DNA from: Fimbriiglobus sp.
Lineage (GTDB): Bacteria > Planctomycetota > Planctomycetia > Gemmatales > Gemmataceae
Assembly (NCBI GenBank): GCA_025352235.1
Contig: JANXTU010000403.1
Coordinates: forward strand, 1-63,794
Reading direction: 5' to 3'
DNA length: 63,794 bases
In this document: positions 44,695 through 54,165 of the stretch, piece after piece
How positions within the stretch are numbered: position 1 is the stretch's first letter
Layout: the number at the start of each line of letters is the position of its first letter
The notes under the pieces: model-generated
Database searches by the model: none
Told to the model about the DNA's origin: nothing
The model's input: only the letters and a program-made list of their open reading frames with translations
Program-made: the position numbers and the translations under genes

Positions 44695-45708
44695 CTACGG
44701 CTCGTCGATCACCGTCACCGGGGCGGTCTTCGGGCCGTCGATATCGGCGGTATCCAGTCGACCGGCGGCTTGCAATTCCCGGAAAATGCGCACCGTTTCG
44801 CGGATGCCGGCTTCGAGACTCGTCTTAGGCATCGGACCGAGATCGCGCTGCAGGGCCGCGTCGTCGAGGTCGAAGGCGATGGCGATTTGCAGCGTGCCGA
44901 CCGTCACCAATTCCGCCGCTTCCGGCAGTACCGCGACCAAAGCCTTCAGGAAATCCGTCATCGGCACGACTGCGCCGCGAAGGTTGTAACTTTTCGAGCC
45001 TTTGTAAGGTCGGGCTAAGCTGAATACGAAGGTTTGCGCTACGTCGTCGACGTATTGAAAGTCGGTCCAGCCCCCGAAGTTGATGGCGTAGGGCCGACCG
45101 AGCAGCGCGGCTTTGATCGCCTTGGTCGGCTCGCTCGTCATGCCGAGATCGCGGCCGACGCCGTAGACCGTCCACGGCCGTAAGCCGACGCTGCTGATAC
45201 CGTGATCTTGGAAGTAGATGCGGGCGTTCCCCTCGTTGCAGCACTTGAAGACGCCATAGTGCGTGCTCGGCACCAAGGTCAAATCGTCCGGCAGCGGCCC
45301 GGTCGGGTAATTGTCCGGGCCACCGTAAACCGCGGCGGAGCTGGCGTACACGATCCGTTCGATTTGGGAACCGAGCGCTTTGGCCGCTTCGAACACGGCG
45401 AGGGTGCCCAACACGTTGACCTTCGCCCCGAGCAGCGGGTCGAGCCGGCAGGTCGGCACTTGCAACCCGGCCAAATGGATGATGTGGGTGATGGCGTGCG
45501 TCTTCAGCGCCAGAGTCAGCGCCGGAAGATCGCAGACATCCCCGGCCACGAAGGTCACCTTCGCGATGGCCTCGTCCGGGAGAATCAACTTCAATCGGCG
45601 GTTGTCTTCGCGGAGGTCGTAGACGAAGACCTCGTCGCCACGTTCGTGGAGGCTGCGGATGATCCACGCCCCGATAAATCCGTACCCGCCGGTGATGAGG
45701 ACACGCAT
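44695..45708 (-). CDS. NAD-dependent epimerase/dehydratase (extended SDR)
   Basis: MRVLITGGYGFIGAWIIRSL (GxxGxxG), SSAAVYG, and catalytic YGVFK (YxxxK). The start is chosen at 45708, 5 nt after the gyrA stop. Confidence 0.85.
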   Translation of the reverse strand: MRVLITGGYGFIGAWIIRSLHERGDEVFVYDLREDNRRLKLILPDEAIAKVTFVAGDVCDLPALTLALKTHAITHIIHLAGLQVPTCRLDPLLGAKVNVLGTLAVFEAAKALGSQIERIVYASSAAVYGGPDNYPTGPLPDDLTLVPSTHYGVFKCCNEGNARIYFQDHGISSVGLRPWTVYGVGRDLGMTSEPTKAIKAALLGRPYAINFGGWTDFQYVDDVAQTFVFSLARPYKGSKSYNLRGAVVPMTDFLKALVAVLPEAAELVTVGTLQIAIAFDLDDAALQRDLGPMPKTSLEAGIRETVRIFRELQAAGRLDTADIDGPKTAPVTVIDEP

Positions 45709-45713
45709 CGTAC

Positions 45714-48470
45714 TTACTCCTGGGGGGGTGTGGTCGGTTCGGTCGATTCCGGCGCGGGTTCCGCCGCGGCGATTTCGCGGGCCAGTTTCGCCAGCGTGAT
45801 GATCTTGTCGCCGTCGTTCGGCTTCATCACCTTCACGCCCTGCGTGTTGCGACCGACGATGCGGATGTCGTCGACCTTCGTCCGTACGACCATCCCTTGG
45901 GCCGTGATGACCATGATTTCGTCGCCGTCCCGAACGGCGACGATGCCGACGCAAGGGCCGTTCTTCGCGGTGACTTTCACGTCCTTCACACCCTTGCCGC
46001 CGCGCTTCTGTTTGCGGTAGCGCATCGCGCCTTTTTCGGTCGCGCCGTCTTCGGTCTCTTCGTCGCCCTCGGCGGTCGGGGCATCGACCTCGACCACTTC
46101 CGGTGTCTCGGCATCGTCTTCGGGCGAGTCCGGGCTCGCAGCTTCGTTGGCCCCGAACGGTGTTCGCTTGCCGTAACCATTTTCGCACAGCGTGAGCAAG
46201 AAACCGTCCGGATCGGCGACGACCATACCGACGAGGCTGTCGTCCTTGGTCTTGTTCAGCTTGATCCCCCAGACGCCGGTGGCCCCGCGGCCCATGGCCC
46301 GCGCGTCCGACTCGCCGAAGCGGATCGCCATTCCCTGCCGCGTACTCAGGACGACTTCGTCGCCCGGCCGAGTGACGCAGACCTGCATCAAGGCGTCTCC
46401 CTCTTCGAGGTTGATGCCGATGATGCCCCCCTGGCGGGGGCGGCTGTACTCCATCAGGCTCGTCTTTTTCACGAGGCCTTGGCGGGTCGCCATCAAGAGG
46501 AACGTACCCGCTTCGAACTCGCGGACGGGGATGACGCTGGCGATCTTTTCGTCCGGCTTCAACGAGAGCACGTTGGCGATGGAGCGACCGTTGGATGTCC
46601 GGCTCGCTTCGGGAATCCGGTAGACTTTGAGCCAGTAGCATTGGCCGCGGTCGGTGAAGCAGAGGAGGAACGATTTCGTCGTCGCAGTGAAAAAGTGCTC
46701 GATGAAGTCGTTGTCGCGCAGGCCGCCTTGGACGCCTTTGCCCCCGCGGGCTTGGGTGCGGTAGGTTTCGATCGGCAGCCGTTTGATGAAGCCTTCGTGC
46801 GAAAGCATCACGACCGTCGGTTCGTCGGCGATCAGGTCTTCCATCTCGACGTCGCCGCCGTCGTCGGTGATTTCCGTGCGGCGGTCGTTGCCGAAGCGGT
46901 CGCGCATGAGGTTGAGGTCGGCGCGGATGATGTCGTTCACCATCGCGTCGCTGGCGAGGATCGCTTCGTAGCTGCGGATCTCGTCGCGGATGCCGTTGTA
47001 TTCCTTGAGGATTTCGTCCCGTTCCAGGTTGGCCAACTGACCCAGTTGCATCCGCAGGATCGCCTCGGCTTGCAGTTCCGTCATCCGGTATTCGTCCCGG
47101 ATGCCGATCTCGGCTTGCAAAATTCCGAAAGCGACTTCGCCCAGGGCCGACTTCATTAGGTCGATGGAAACGCCCATGGCCTGCAAGCGCACTCTGGCCT
47201 CGGATCGGGACGGCGACTGCCGGATGGTTTGGATGACGAGATCCAAACTCGAGATCGCGATCAATTGCCCTTCGAGGACGTGGCTGCGCCGCTTCGCTTC
47301 CCGGAGGAGGAAATTCGTCCGCCGGCGGATGACGACGATGCGGTGATCGACGAACTTCTGCATCATCTGCTTGAGCGTCAGGAACTCCGGCCGGCCTTCG
47401 ACGAGGGCGAGCATGGCGATGCTGACGGTCTTCTGCAACCGGCTGAACTGGTAAATCTGGTTGAGGGCGAGGTGCGGGTCGGACCCGCGTTTGAGTTCGA
47501 CGACCAAGCGCACCGGTTCGCCGGTGCGCGCCGAGGATTCATCGCGGACGAAAGTCATGCCCGGAATGCGGTCGTCGCGGAGCAGCTCGCCCAACTCGGC
47601 CATCATGGCGTTGCGCGTCACTTCGAACGGGACTTCCTTGATGATGATGACGGGGATTTTCCCCTTCACCTCTTCGACGACCTCGGCCCGCGCCCGCAGC
47701 GTGATCCGGCTGCGCTCGCCCATGTATGCGCGATAGATGCCGGCCTTACCCATGACGATGCCCCCGGTGGGGAAGTCCGGGCCGGGCACGATTTCCAGCA
47801 GCTCCATCAGGCTGACATCGGGGTTGTCGATCAGCCGAATCAACCCGGTGCAGATTTCGCGGAGGTTGTGCGGTGGGATGTCCGTCGCCATGCCGACGGC
47901 GATCCCGACGGCGCCGTTGACGAGCAAGTTGGGGAACTTGCTCGGCAACACCAGCGGTTCGCGGTATTTACCGTCGTAGTTGTCGATGAAATCGACCGTG
48001 TCATTTTCCAAATCCGCGAGCATTTCCGCGGCGGGGTGCGTCAGGCGCGCTTCGGTGTAGCGGTGGGCCGCGGGCGGCAGCCCGGCGATGGAACCGAAGT
48101 TCCCTTGGCCGTGGATGAGTTTCTGCCGCATGACCCAGTCTTGGGCCATGCGAACGAGCGTGTCGTAGATGCTGGCGTCGCCGTGCGGGTGGTAGCGCTT
48201 CATCGTCTCGCCGATAATGCCGGCGCACTTGCTCGTCGCGGCAGTCGGCCCGAGGCCGAGGTCGTTCATGGCGACGAGGATGCGTCGCTGCGACGGCTTC
48301 AAGCCGTCTCGCACATCCGGCAGTGCCCGGCTGACGATGACCGACTGTGCGTACGTGAGGTAGCTGTCCCGCAGTTCGTCGACGATGTCGAGCGGATCGA
48401 TCGGCAGATCGGGGAGGACAACCGGGGGCGGATCGTTGGAACCGGGCGGGGTCGAAGAAGACTTGGCCAA
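45714..48470 (-). CDS. gyrA: DNA gyrase subunit A
   Basis: [43 protein letters not shown] (QRDR region), the active-site region [10 protein letters not shown], the GyrA box QARGGKG, and beta-pinwheel CTD repeats. Confidence 0.95.
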   Translation of the reverse strand: MAKSSSTPPGSNDPPPVVLPDLPIDPLDIVDELRDSYLTYAQSVIVSRALPDVRDGLKPSQRRILVAMNDLGLGPTAATSKCAGIIGETMKRYHPHGDASIYDTLVRMAQDWVMRQKLIHGQGNFGSIAGLPPAAHRYTEARLTHPAAEMLADLENDTVDFIDNYDGKYREPLVLPSKFPNLLVNGAVGIAVGMATDIPPHNLREICTGLIRLIDNPDVSLMELLEIVPGPDFPTGGIVMGKAGIYRAYMGERSRITLRARAEVVEEVKGKIPVIIIKEVPFEVTRNAMMAELGELLRDDRIPGMTFVRDESSARTGEPVRLVVELKRGSDPHLALNQIYQFSRLQKTVSIAMLALVEGRPEFLTLKQMMQKFVDHRIVVIRRRTNFLLREAKRRSHVLEGQLIAISSLDLVIQTIRQSPSRSEARVRLQAMGVSIDLMKSALGEVAFGILQAEIGIRDEYRMTELQAEAILRMQLGQLANLERDEILKEYNGIRDEIRSYEAILASDAMVNDIIRADLNLMRDRFGNDRRTEITDDGGDVEMEDLIADEPTVVMLSHEGFIKRLPIETYRTQARGGKGVQGGLRDNDFIEHFFTATTKSFLLCFTDRGQCYWLKVYRIPEASRTSNGRSIANVLSLKPDEKIASVIPVREFEAGTFLLMATRQGLVKKTSLMEYSRPRQGGIIGINLEEGDALMQVCVTRPGDEVVLSTRQGMAIRFGESDARAMGRGATGVWGIKLNKTKDDSLVGMVVADPDGFLLTLCENGYGKRTPFGANEAASPDSPEDDAETPEVVEVDAPTAEGDEETEDGATEKGAMRYRKQKRGGKGVKDVKVTAKNGPCVGIVAVRDGDEIMVITAQGMVVRTKVDDIRIVGRNTQGVKVMKPNDGDKIITLAKLAREIAAAEPAPESTEPTTPPQE

Positions 48471-48719
48471 ACCGGAACTCCTGGCGCGGAACCTGTGCAG
48501 CGATGCGGAAATCCGAAAAGCAACCGAATACCGGGTAACGGGTTACAGTCGGTATCGCGGTGGCACCTTCGGATTGATTTCGTTCCTTATAATTTATGAA
48601 TTCGCGTTAGTCCGGGCCATGTTCGTTTGTCAACAAATGGAACCATTTTCCAGGCGGCGGCGTCCGATTGAGGTAAGCTAGATACTTGCAATCGTCCCCA
48701 CCTCCCTCTGGAATTTGCC

Positions 48720-49424
48720 ATGAATCGTTTCGCATTGGGCCTGCTCGTCGCCGTCGTCGGGGCCACGGCGGTTCACGCCGTCGATGCCAAGGATACCTTG
48801 GGCGCGTCGTTCACGCGCACGAAAAAGCTCAAAGGCAAAGTCACCATCGACGCCAAGAACGAGCCGATCGGCGACATTTTGAAAGAGATTTCGAGCCAAC
48901 TCGAAGATCAAAAACTCGGCGCCATCAGCGTGACCTTCGATATCGGCGTTTCCAAAAACACCAAGACGACGTTCGCCTCGAAGGATAAGAGCGCCGAAGA
49001 AACGCTGGACGGATTGCTGAAGACCCTCGACCTCGGCTACGTCGTGATTTCAAAGGATAAAGACCGCTACGACGGCTGGCTGAAATTGGTAAAGGGCACC
49101 AACCGGGGTTACGAGGCTGGCCAAGAACCGAAGGACGGTCCGAAGCCGGTGGCCACGCCGGAGCCAAAACCCGAACCGAAACCGGTCGTCAAGCCGGACC
49201 CGGAACCGAAGCCGGTCGTGAAGCCCGAACCCAAACCGGTGACCGAAGACAAAGCGACGGAACAGGAAGAAAAAGCCGCCGCCGCGAGGTTGGCGACGGC
49301 TAAGGAATTGATCGAAAAGGGCAAAGATGCCGAAGCGAAGCCGCTGTTGAAATACCTCGTGAAGTACGCGGCGAACACGAAAGCCGGCGCGGACGCGAAG
49401 GAACTCATGGACAAAATGAAGTAG
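48720..49424 (+). CDS. secreted protein with a (P-E/K-P-K-P-V) low-complexity linker (hypothetical)
   Basis: Signal peptide MNRFALGLLVAVVGATAVHA. Central linker PKPVATPEPKPEPKPVVKPDPEPKPVVKPEPKPV. Helical C-terminus. Confidence 0.6.
   Translation: MNRFALGLLVAVVGATAVHAVDAKDTLGASFTRTKKLKGKVTIDAKNEPIGDILKEISSQLEDQKLGAISVTFDIGVSKNTKTTFASKDKSAEETLDGLLKTLDLGYVVISKDKDRYDGWLKLVKGTNRGYEAGQEPKDGPKPVATPEPKPEPKPVVKPDPEPKPVVKPEPKPVTEDKATEQEEKAAAARLATAKELIEKGKDAEAKPLLKYLVKYAANTKAGADAKELMDKMK
49125..49241 (+). repeat. coding low-complexity repeat (PEPKP-type) inside the 48720-49424 gene
   Basis: Imperfect tandem repeats of CCGGAACCGAAGCCGGTCGTGAAGCC-like units encode EPKPVVKP repeats. Confidence 0.6.
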
Positions 49425-49442
49425 CCCGTCCAAAATGGGTGT

Positions 49443-50105
49443 GTGAATGACACCGCTATCGACAACGACCGCCGGCCGTGGGTTTTGCCCGAGTTCGCGA
49501 CCCCCGAAGGGATCGTGGGCGTGGGCGGCGACCTGCGGCCGGGTACTTTGCTGGAAGCCTACTCCCGCGGCATCTTCCCGTGGTTCAACGCCGGCGACCC
49601 GATCATCTGGTGGTCGCCCGAGCCGCGGGCCATCTTCGACCTCCGCAATTTCCACGTCCCCCGTCGCCTCGCCGCGACCATCAAACAAAACAAATTCCGC
49701 GTCACAGCCGACACACAATTCCGCGCCGTGATGGAGGGCTGCGCCGCCGACCGGGCAGAAGGCACTTGGGTGACGGGCGAAATGATCGATGCCTACACCG
49801 AATTGCACGGGCGCGGCCACGCCCACAGTTTGGAAGTTTGGCTCGGCGACGATCTCGTCGGCGGGATTTACGGGATCGCCATCGGCGGCTTCTTCGCCGG
49901 GGAATCGATGTTCCACCGGGTCCGCGATGCCTCCAAGGTGGCGCTCGTGAGTTTATTAACGCGCTTGCGCGACCGGGGCTTCGAACTGTTTGATACGCAA
50001 ATCCTCAACGACCACACCGAACAATTCGGGGCGTTTGAGATTCCCCGCGCGGAATACTTGCGACGTTTGGCGATCGCGGTGCGAAAGGCCGCGGAGTTCG
50101 GATGA
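49443..50105 (+). CDS. aat: leucyl/phenylalanyl-tRNA--protein transferase
   Basis: LLEAYSRGIFPWFNAGDPIIWWSPEPRAIF, HSLEVWLGDDLVGGIYGIAIGGFFAGESMF and FELFDTQ are typical Aat blocks. GTG start. Confidence 0.9.
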   Translation: MNDTAIDNDRRPWVLPEFATPEGIVGVGGDLRPGTLLEAYSRGIFPWFNAGDPIIWWSPEPRAIFDLRNFHVPRRLAATIKQNKFRVTADTQFRAVMEGCAADRAEGTWVTGEMIDAYTELHGRGHAHSLEVWLGDDLVGGIYGIAIGGFFAGESMFHRVRDASKVALVSLLTRLRDRGFELFDTQILNDHTEQFGAFEIPRAEYLRRLAIAVRKAAEFG

Positions 50106-50152
50106 CGCGCGTATAGAATTCGAGAGCCTACATCCCCCGGAGACGCGTCCCC

Positions 50153-51040
50153 ATGAAATTTCCAGCGTTCGCCCTCGGAGTCGCGTTGCTCGCCTCGCCG
50201 TTGTTCGCGGCGGAGTATCCGAACAAATTACTGCTCGTCGAACCGGCCGACTTGGCCAAAGCCGAAGTCGCCAAAACCTTCGTGATCCTCGATGCCCGCG
50301 AGAAAGCGAAGTACGAAGCCGGCCACATCCCCGGATCGATCTGGGTCGATCACGCGGCGTGGGCCAAGACCTTCGGCGAAGGGGAACATGCGAATGCGTG
50401 GAGCCAGCGCATCAGCAAACTCGGTATTGCAGCCGACTCGAAAGTCGTCGTGCTCGATGATAACCTCACCAAAGATGCCGCCCGGATCTGGTGGATCTTG
50501 AAATTCTGGGGCGTAGCGGATGTACGGCTGCTCAATGGCGGCTGGAAGGATTGGACGGCCGCGAAGTTGGAAGTGACCCAAGACGCCTCGGCCGATCCTC
50601 GCGGCGTCCAGTTCAACGCCGTGTCTCGAGCGGATCGACTCGCCACGAAGGACTTTCTGCTGAAAGCCATCGACGGCGGGAAATTGCAAATCGTCGACGC
50701 CCGCTCCGAGAAGGAGTTTTGCGGCACCGAGAAGATGAACAACAAGAAAGCCGGCGCGATGCCGGGCGCGAAGCAGTTGGAGTGGACCGACTTGCTCGAT
50801 GCGAAGACGCATCGATTTAAGCCGGCCGACGAACTGAAAAAACGATTCGCCGACGCCGGGATCGCGTTGGACAAGCCGAGCGCGACGCACTGCCAAAGCG
50901 GCGGCCGCGCGTCGGTCATGGCCTTCGGCATGGAGTTGATGGGGGCGAAGGATGTGCGGAACTACTACAAGAGCTGGGGCGAGTGGGGCAACGCGGACGA
51001 CACGCCCATCGTCCCCGGTAAGCCGAAGGAGAAGAAGTAA
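50153..51040 (+). CDS. secreted tandem-rhodanese sulfurtransferase (thiosulfate/3-mercaptopyruvate type)
   Basis: Signal peptide. Two rhodanese modules; the second has the active-site loop ATHCQSGGRAS. Confidence 0.85.
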   Translation: MKFPAFALGVALLASPLFAAEYPNKLLLVEPADLAKAEVAKTFVILDAREKAKYEAGHIPGSIWVDHAAWAKTFGEGEHANAWSQRISKLGIAADSKVVVLDDNLTKDAARIWWILKFWGVADVRLLNGGWKDWTAAKLEVTQDASADPRGVQFNAVSRADRLATKDFLLKAIDGGKLQIVDARSEKEFCGTEKMNNKKAGAMPGAKQLEWTDLLDAKTHRFKPADELKKRFADAGIALDKPSATHCQSGGRASVMAFGMELMGAKDVRNYYKSWGEWGNADDTPIVPGKPKEKK

Positions 51041-51082
51041 CGAATATTTCGAGGAGTTGCGCGAAAGACCGGAGGAGTGCGA

Positions 51083-51812
51083 ATGCCGTTGCTCGATCAC
51101 TTTCATCCGCCGGTCGAAGATGTCGCACCGTGGACATCCATCGCGACGACTTGGATCGTCGCACTGGCCAAATCGCTCAATCGCACTCTTCCGGAGCATA
51201 ATCTCCGAGCCTTTGCGCACGTTCATTGGGGGGAGCACGCTCGAAGCCGATGTCGCCGAATTTGAATGCGGCTCGGGAATCAGTTGGGAGCATCCGAGTG
51301 GCGGTCTGGCGTCGGCCACCGAAGTCATTCCTCCGCCGGTTCTCACCTTCTGCGCGCTTTTTCCGGACGAATTTGAAGTCCACATCTGCGACACTGGGAA
51401 AGGATTGACCCTGGTCGCCGCCATTTTAATCGTCAGCCCGGCCAACAAGGATCGCGAAGAAACCCGCGCGAAGCTCGTTTCGAAATGCATCGGCTATTTG
51501 CAGATCGGCGTCGGGGTTGTCTTGGTCGATCCCGTGACGAACCGTTCGGCGAATTTGCACAATCTGCTGATGACCGAGCTCTGTGGAAAAAAGTTGCCGC
51601 GATTACCCGATACCCCGACGTACGTCTCTTCGTACCGTCCGGTGGGCCAAGATGGCGACCATACTTTGGAAGTCTGGCCCTATGAGGCTCCGGTCGGCCA
51701 ATCGATCCCTTCGGTCCCGTTACCGCTCCGTCGGGGACCGTCGGTGATGATCGATCTCGAAGGGACCTACCTCGAAGCACTCGCGGATAACGGAATCCCA
51801 CCGTCGAATTGA
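51083..51812 (+). pseudogene. DUF4058-like (PD-(D/E)XK-fold) gene interrupted by a frameshift in a G6 run
   Basis: GGAGGAG precedes ATG 51083. Frame A reads MPLLDHFHPPVEDVAPWTSIATTWIVALAKSLNRTLPEHNLRAFAHVHWG and stops at 51263-51265. The family-like remainder (STLEADVAEFE...ILIVSPANKDREETRAKL..VVLVDPV) continues in the +1 frame to 51812. The switch point coincides with GGGGGG at 51228-51233; removing one G gives a continuous reading ...HVHWGSTLEADV. Confidence 0.6.
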
Positions 51813-51813
51813 T

Positions 51814-52596
51814 TCACCCCCGCATGTCGCGATCGTGCAAATTCGTCAGGAACATGTGCCCCGGTTTGTGCGCGATGGCGAACGGCGGCTTCGCTTGCAT
51901 CAGCACGGCTTGCGGTGTCACGCCGCAGGCCCAAAAGATGGGCACTTCGCCGGGTTTGAAATCGACCATCTCCCCGTAGTCGGGCTTCAAAAGATCGCGG
52001 ATGCCGATGGCGGCGGGATCGCCGAAGTGGACCGGCGCCCCGTGGGCCAGGGGGAATTGGCCGCAGATGGCCGTCGCCTTCAAAGCCTGCCCCGGCAGCA
52101 TCGGCCGCATCGATACGACCATCGGCCCGTGGAACTGCCCGGCTGGTCTGCAGGCAATGTTCGTCCGGTACATGGGCACGTTGCGATTCTGCTCGATGTG
52201 CCGCACCGGGAGACCCGCTTCGAGCAGCGCCGTTTCGAACGTGAACGAACATCCGATCAGGAACGAGACGAGGTCATCGCGCCAATAGTCCTTCACATCG
52301 GTCGGTTCATCGACGCATTCGCCGTGGAAGAAGACTCGGTAGCCGGGGAGATCGGTGCGGAGGTCGGCCCCCGGCGCGGCGAACTTCGGCTCCCAACTCC
52401 CGGTGTCGGTGACATCGAGAATCGGGCAGGGCTTCGGGTTCCGCTGGCAGAAGAGTAAGAAATCGTAGGCCCAATCGGCCGGGAGCATGACGAGGTTCGC
52501 TTGGACGAATCCGCGCGCGAGGCCCGGTGTCGGTTGCGTGAACTTGCCGTTGCGACACGCCATGCGGACATCGGCGGCGGTGGATTGCGGGGTCAT
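51814..52596 (-). CDS. DUF1445 putative hydro-lyase (D-glutamate cyclase-like catalytic domain)
   Basis: FVQANLVMLPADWAYDFLLFCQRNPKPCPILDV, MVVSMRPM, PVHFGDP and IFWACGVTPQ are characteristic UPF0317/DUF1445 blocks. Confidence 0.85.
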   Translation of the reverse strand: MTPQSTAADVRMACRNGKFTQPTPGLARGFVQANLVMLPADWAYDFLLFCQRNPKPCPILDVTDTGSWEPKFAAPGADLRTDLPGYRVFFHGECVDEPTDVKDYWRDDLVSFLIGCSFTFETALLEAGLPVRHIEQNRNVPMYRTNIACRPAGQFHGPMVVSMRPMLPGQALKATAICGQFPLAHGAPVHFGDPAAIGIRDLLKPDYGEMVDFKPGEVPIFWACGVTPQAVLMQAKPPFAIAHKPGHMFLTNLHDRDMRG

Positions 52597-52600
52597 CGGG

Positions 52601-53464
52601 TCACGAATCCAGAATGCGTTGCATCTCGAGCAAGGGGCGACTGTACTCTTCCCAGCTCAGCCCGTCCACCGTCGCGGTTTGCTTGCCGGTCACACCGTCG
52701 ACGAGCGGGCCCTCGCGCACCATCACTTCGAGGATCGCCAGTTCGCGATCCGGATCGAACAAATCGGCCGGCGGTTTTCGGTCGAGCAGCACAAACAACC
52801 CGGCCGCGAGGGCGTACGCCCCCCAGTTACTGACCCCCGCGACGATGAGGTGATCCGTCGGCACCCGGCAGTGGATGAGGTCGCCGTTGGGGATGTTCTT
52901 CACGATGGTCTCGTGCGGAATCTTCCCCATACCGATTTCGTTCCCGCCATCGCCGATTCCGATTGAAGCGTGCCCCCGGAGGTCGCGGTCCATCCATTTG
53001 TGAATCCAGTCGGACAGGTGAGGACGGATATCGCGTCCCCGCATCGTGTAACATTTGCCGTCGGCAGCAGGACCAGCGCGTTCGAGGGTGATCAACGGCC
53101 AGTCGTGCCCAAAATGATCAGCCGATGCGGCTGCACCGACCTCGCGCAACCCGGCTCTCACCGCGTTTTGCACCGGTGGTTCGCCGAGCACGGTTCCCCC
53201 ACCACCCATTGCGGACAACGCACGCACAAGTAAAACCGCTCCGAGAGGTCCGTCGGTCTCGAACGCTGCCGGCGTCGCGGTGGGGATGTAGAATCCAGTG
53301 AACACGGCGGCGACCGGCCACCCGGCGAGCAGGCGGCACGCCCGTTCAAAATCCCCCGCCGTCGCGGTGAACAAGTTGTCCACGGGATCGCGCGCTAAGC
53401 CACGGTTGCCGGGGTCGGTCTGCACGGCCGCGAGGATCGCGGCGAGTTTGTCGGAGTGGGTCAT
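52601..53464 (-). CDS. DUF4392 domain protein (D-glutamate cyclase-like accessory domain)
   Basis: FTGFYIPTATPAAFETDGPLGAVLL, IGIGDGGNEIGMG and VAGVSNWGAYALAA match the DUF4392 pattern. Its start overlaps the upstream stop (ATGA). Confidence 0.8.
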   Translation of the reverse strand: MTHSDKLAAILAAVQTDPGNRGLARDPVDNLFTATAGDFERACRLLAGWPVAAVFTGFYIPTATPAAFETDGPLGAVLLVRALSAMGGGGTVLGEPPVQNAVRAGLREVGAAASADHFGHDWPLITLERAGPAADGKCYTMRGRDIRPHLSDWIHKWMDRDLRGHASIGIGDGGNEIGMGKIPHETIVKNIPNGDLIHCRVPTDHLIVAGVSNWGAYALAAGLFVLLDRKPPADLFDPDRELAILEVMVREGPLVDGVTGKQTATVDGLSWEEYSRPLLEMQRILDS

Positions 53465-53739
53465 TTTTTCACGAGGGGAAGCAAGACGAGTTGAACGATC
53501 ACGGTGACGAGCAAAGTGGCGATGGCCCCGGCGAAGATGTACACGAACTGCCAGCGGCGTTTTTCATTGTCTGTGATGTGCGTTTCGAGTTTCGCGACCC
53601 GATCGGCGACCACAGCGACAAGTTCCCGGAGTTCCTGCAAGTGGAGTTTCCCGAGCTCTTTTTCTCGAAAATCGAATTCCGACTGCAACTTGGCGATTTG
53701 TTTGTTGGCTTCGTGGGCGAGATCACTGGCCGTGGCCAT
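53461..53739 (-). CDS. small tail-anchored coiled-coil protein (XhlA-like topology, hypothetical)
   Basis: 92 aa. An N-terminal coiled coil (IAKLQSEFDFREKELGKLHLQELRELV..RVAKLETHITDNEKRRW) is followed by one C-terminal TM helix (FVYIFAGAIATLLVTVIVQLVLLPLV). Confidence 0.5.
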   Translation of the reverse strand: MATASDLAHEANKQIAKLQSEFDFREKELGKLHLQELRELVAVVADRVAKLETHITDNEKRRWQFVYIFAGAIATLLVTVIVQLVLLPLVKK

Positions 53740-54124
53740 TTTTGGATTCCTCCCGTTCGAGTTCTCGGATGCCGCGGTCGATCACGTCGCCGATCTGATG
53801 GAAGGCTTGCCGCAGGAGTTGTCGAACGAGTTTGCTCATGGAAATTTCCCGATAGTCGCTCTCGAATAAGTCTTTTCGGCTGATCAATGCTTGGGCGTCC
53901 CGACGCCCGTAGTGATCCCACTCCGAGAGTTTGACGACGATGCCGGGCGTTTTCTCGGATACGCTCCACGAAAGTTCGCGGCCGTCGGCTTCCAAATTGG
54001 GCTGTTCGAGAAGTTCTTCCAAGAAATCCGTGGCTAGCCCCACCGCCGCGAGCAAGCTCGGTTCCCGGCGAATCGCTTCGGCAATCTCGATCTTCAAGTC
54101 TGGTTTGGTCGTTGTTGCGTTCAT
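53723..54124 (-). CDS. hypothetical protein (first gene of the DUF4392/DUF1445 cluster)
   Basis: 133-aa ORF that overlaps the next gene by 17 nt on the same strand. No motif recognised. Confidence 0.45.
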   Translation of the reverse strand: MNATTTKPDLKIEIAEAIRREPSLLAAVGLATDFLEELLEQPNLEADGRELSWSVSEKTPGIVVKLSEWDHYGRRDAQALISRKDLFESDYREISMSKLVRQLLRQAFHQIGDVIDRGIRELEREESKNGHGQ

Positions 54125-54165
54125 GATCCATCTCCTCGGTTATTGCCACTATACCCGATCCGCCG

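Noticed and set aside
45709-46641. The upstream 311 codons of the 648-aa ORF 44695-46641(-), which would extend the epimerase gene over the 3' end of gyrA.
   Set aside because: The extension is Arg/Gly-rich nonsense overlapping the well-supported gyrA CTD in another frame. The epimerase Rossmann motif starts right at MRVLITGGYGFIG (45708).
48574-48593. TTGATT ... TATAAT hexamers in the gyrA / 48720 divergent spacer as a sigma-70 promoter.
   Set aside because: The two hexamers are only 8 nt apart instead of about 17. Planctomycetal promoter consensus is not established, and the AT-rich block alone does not support a call.
49125-49241. The PEPKP-encoding repeat as a non-coding repeat or mobile-element remnant.
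   Set aside because: It is in frame within a signal-peptide-bearing ORF and encodes a typical Pro/Lys/Glu linker. This is coding low complexity.
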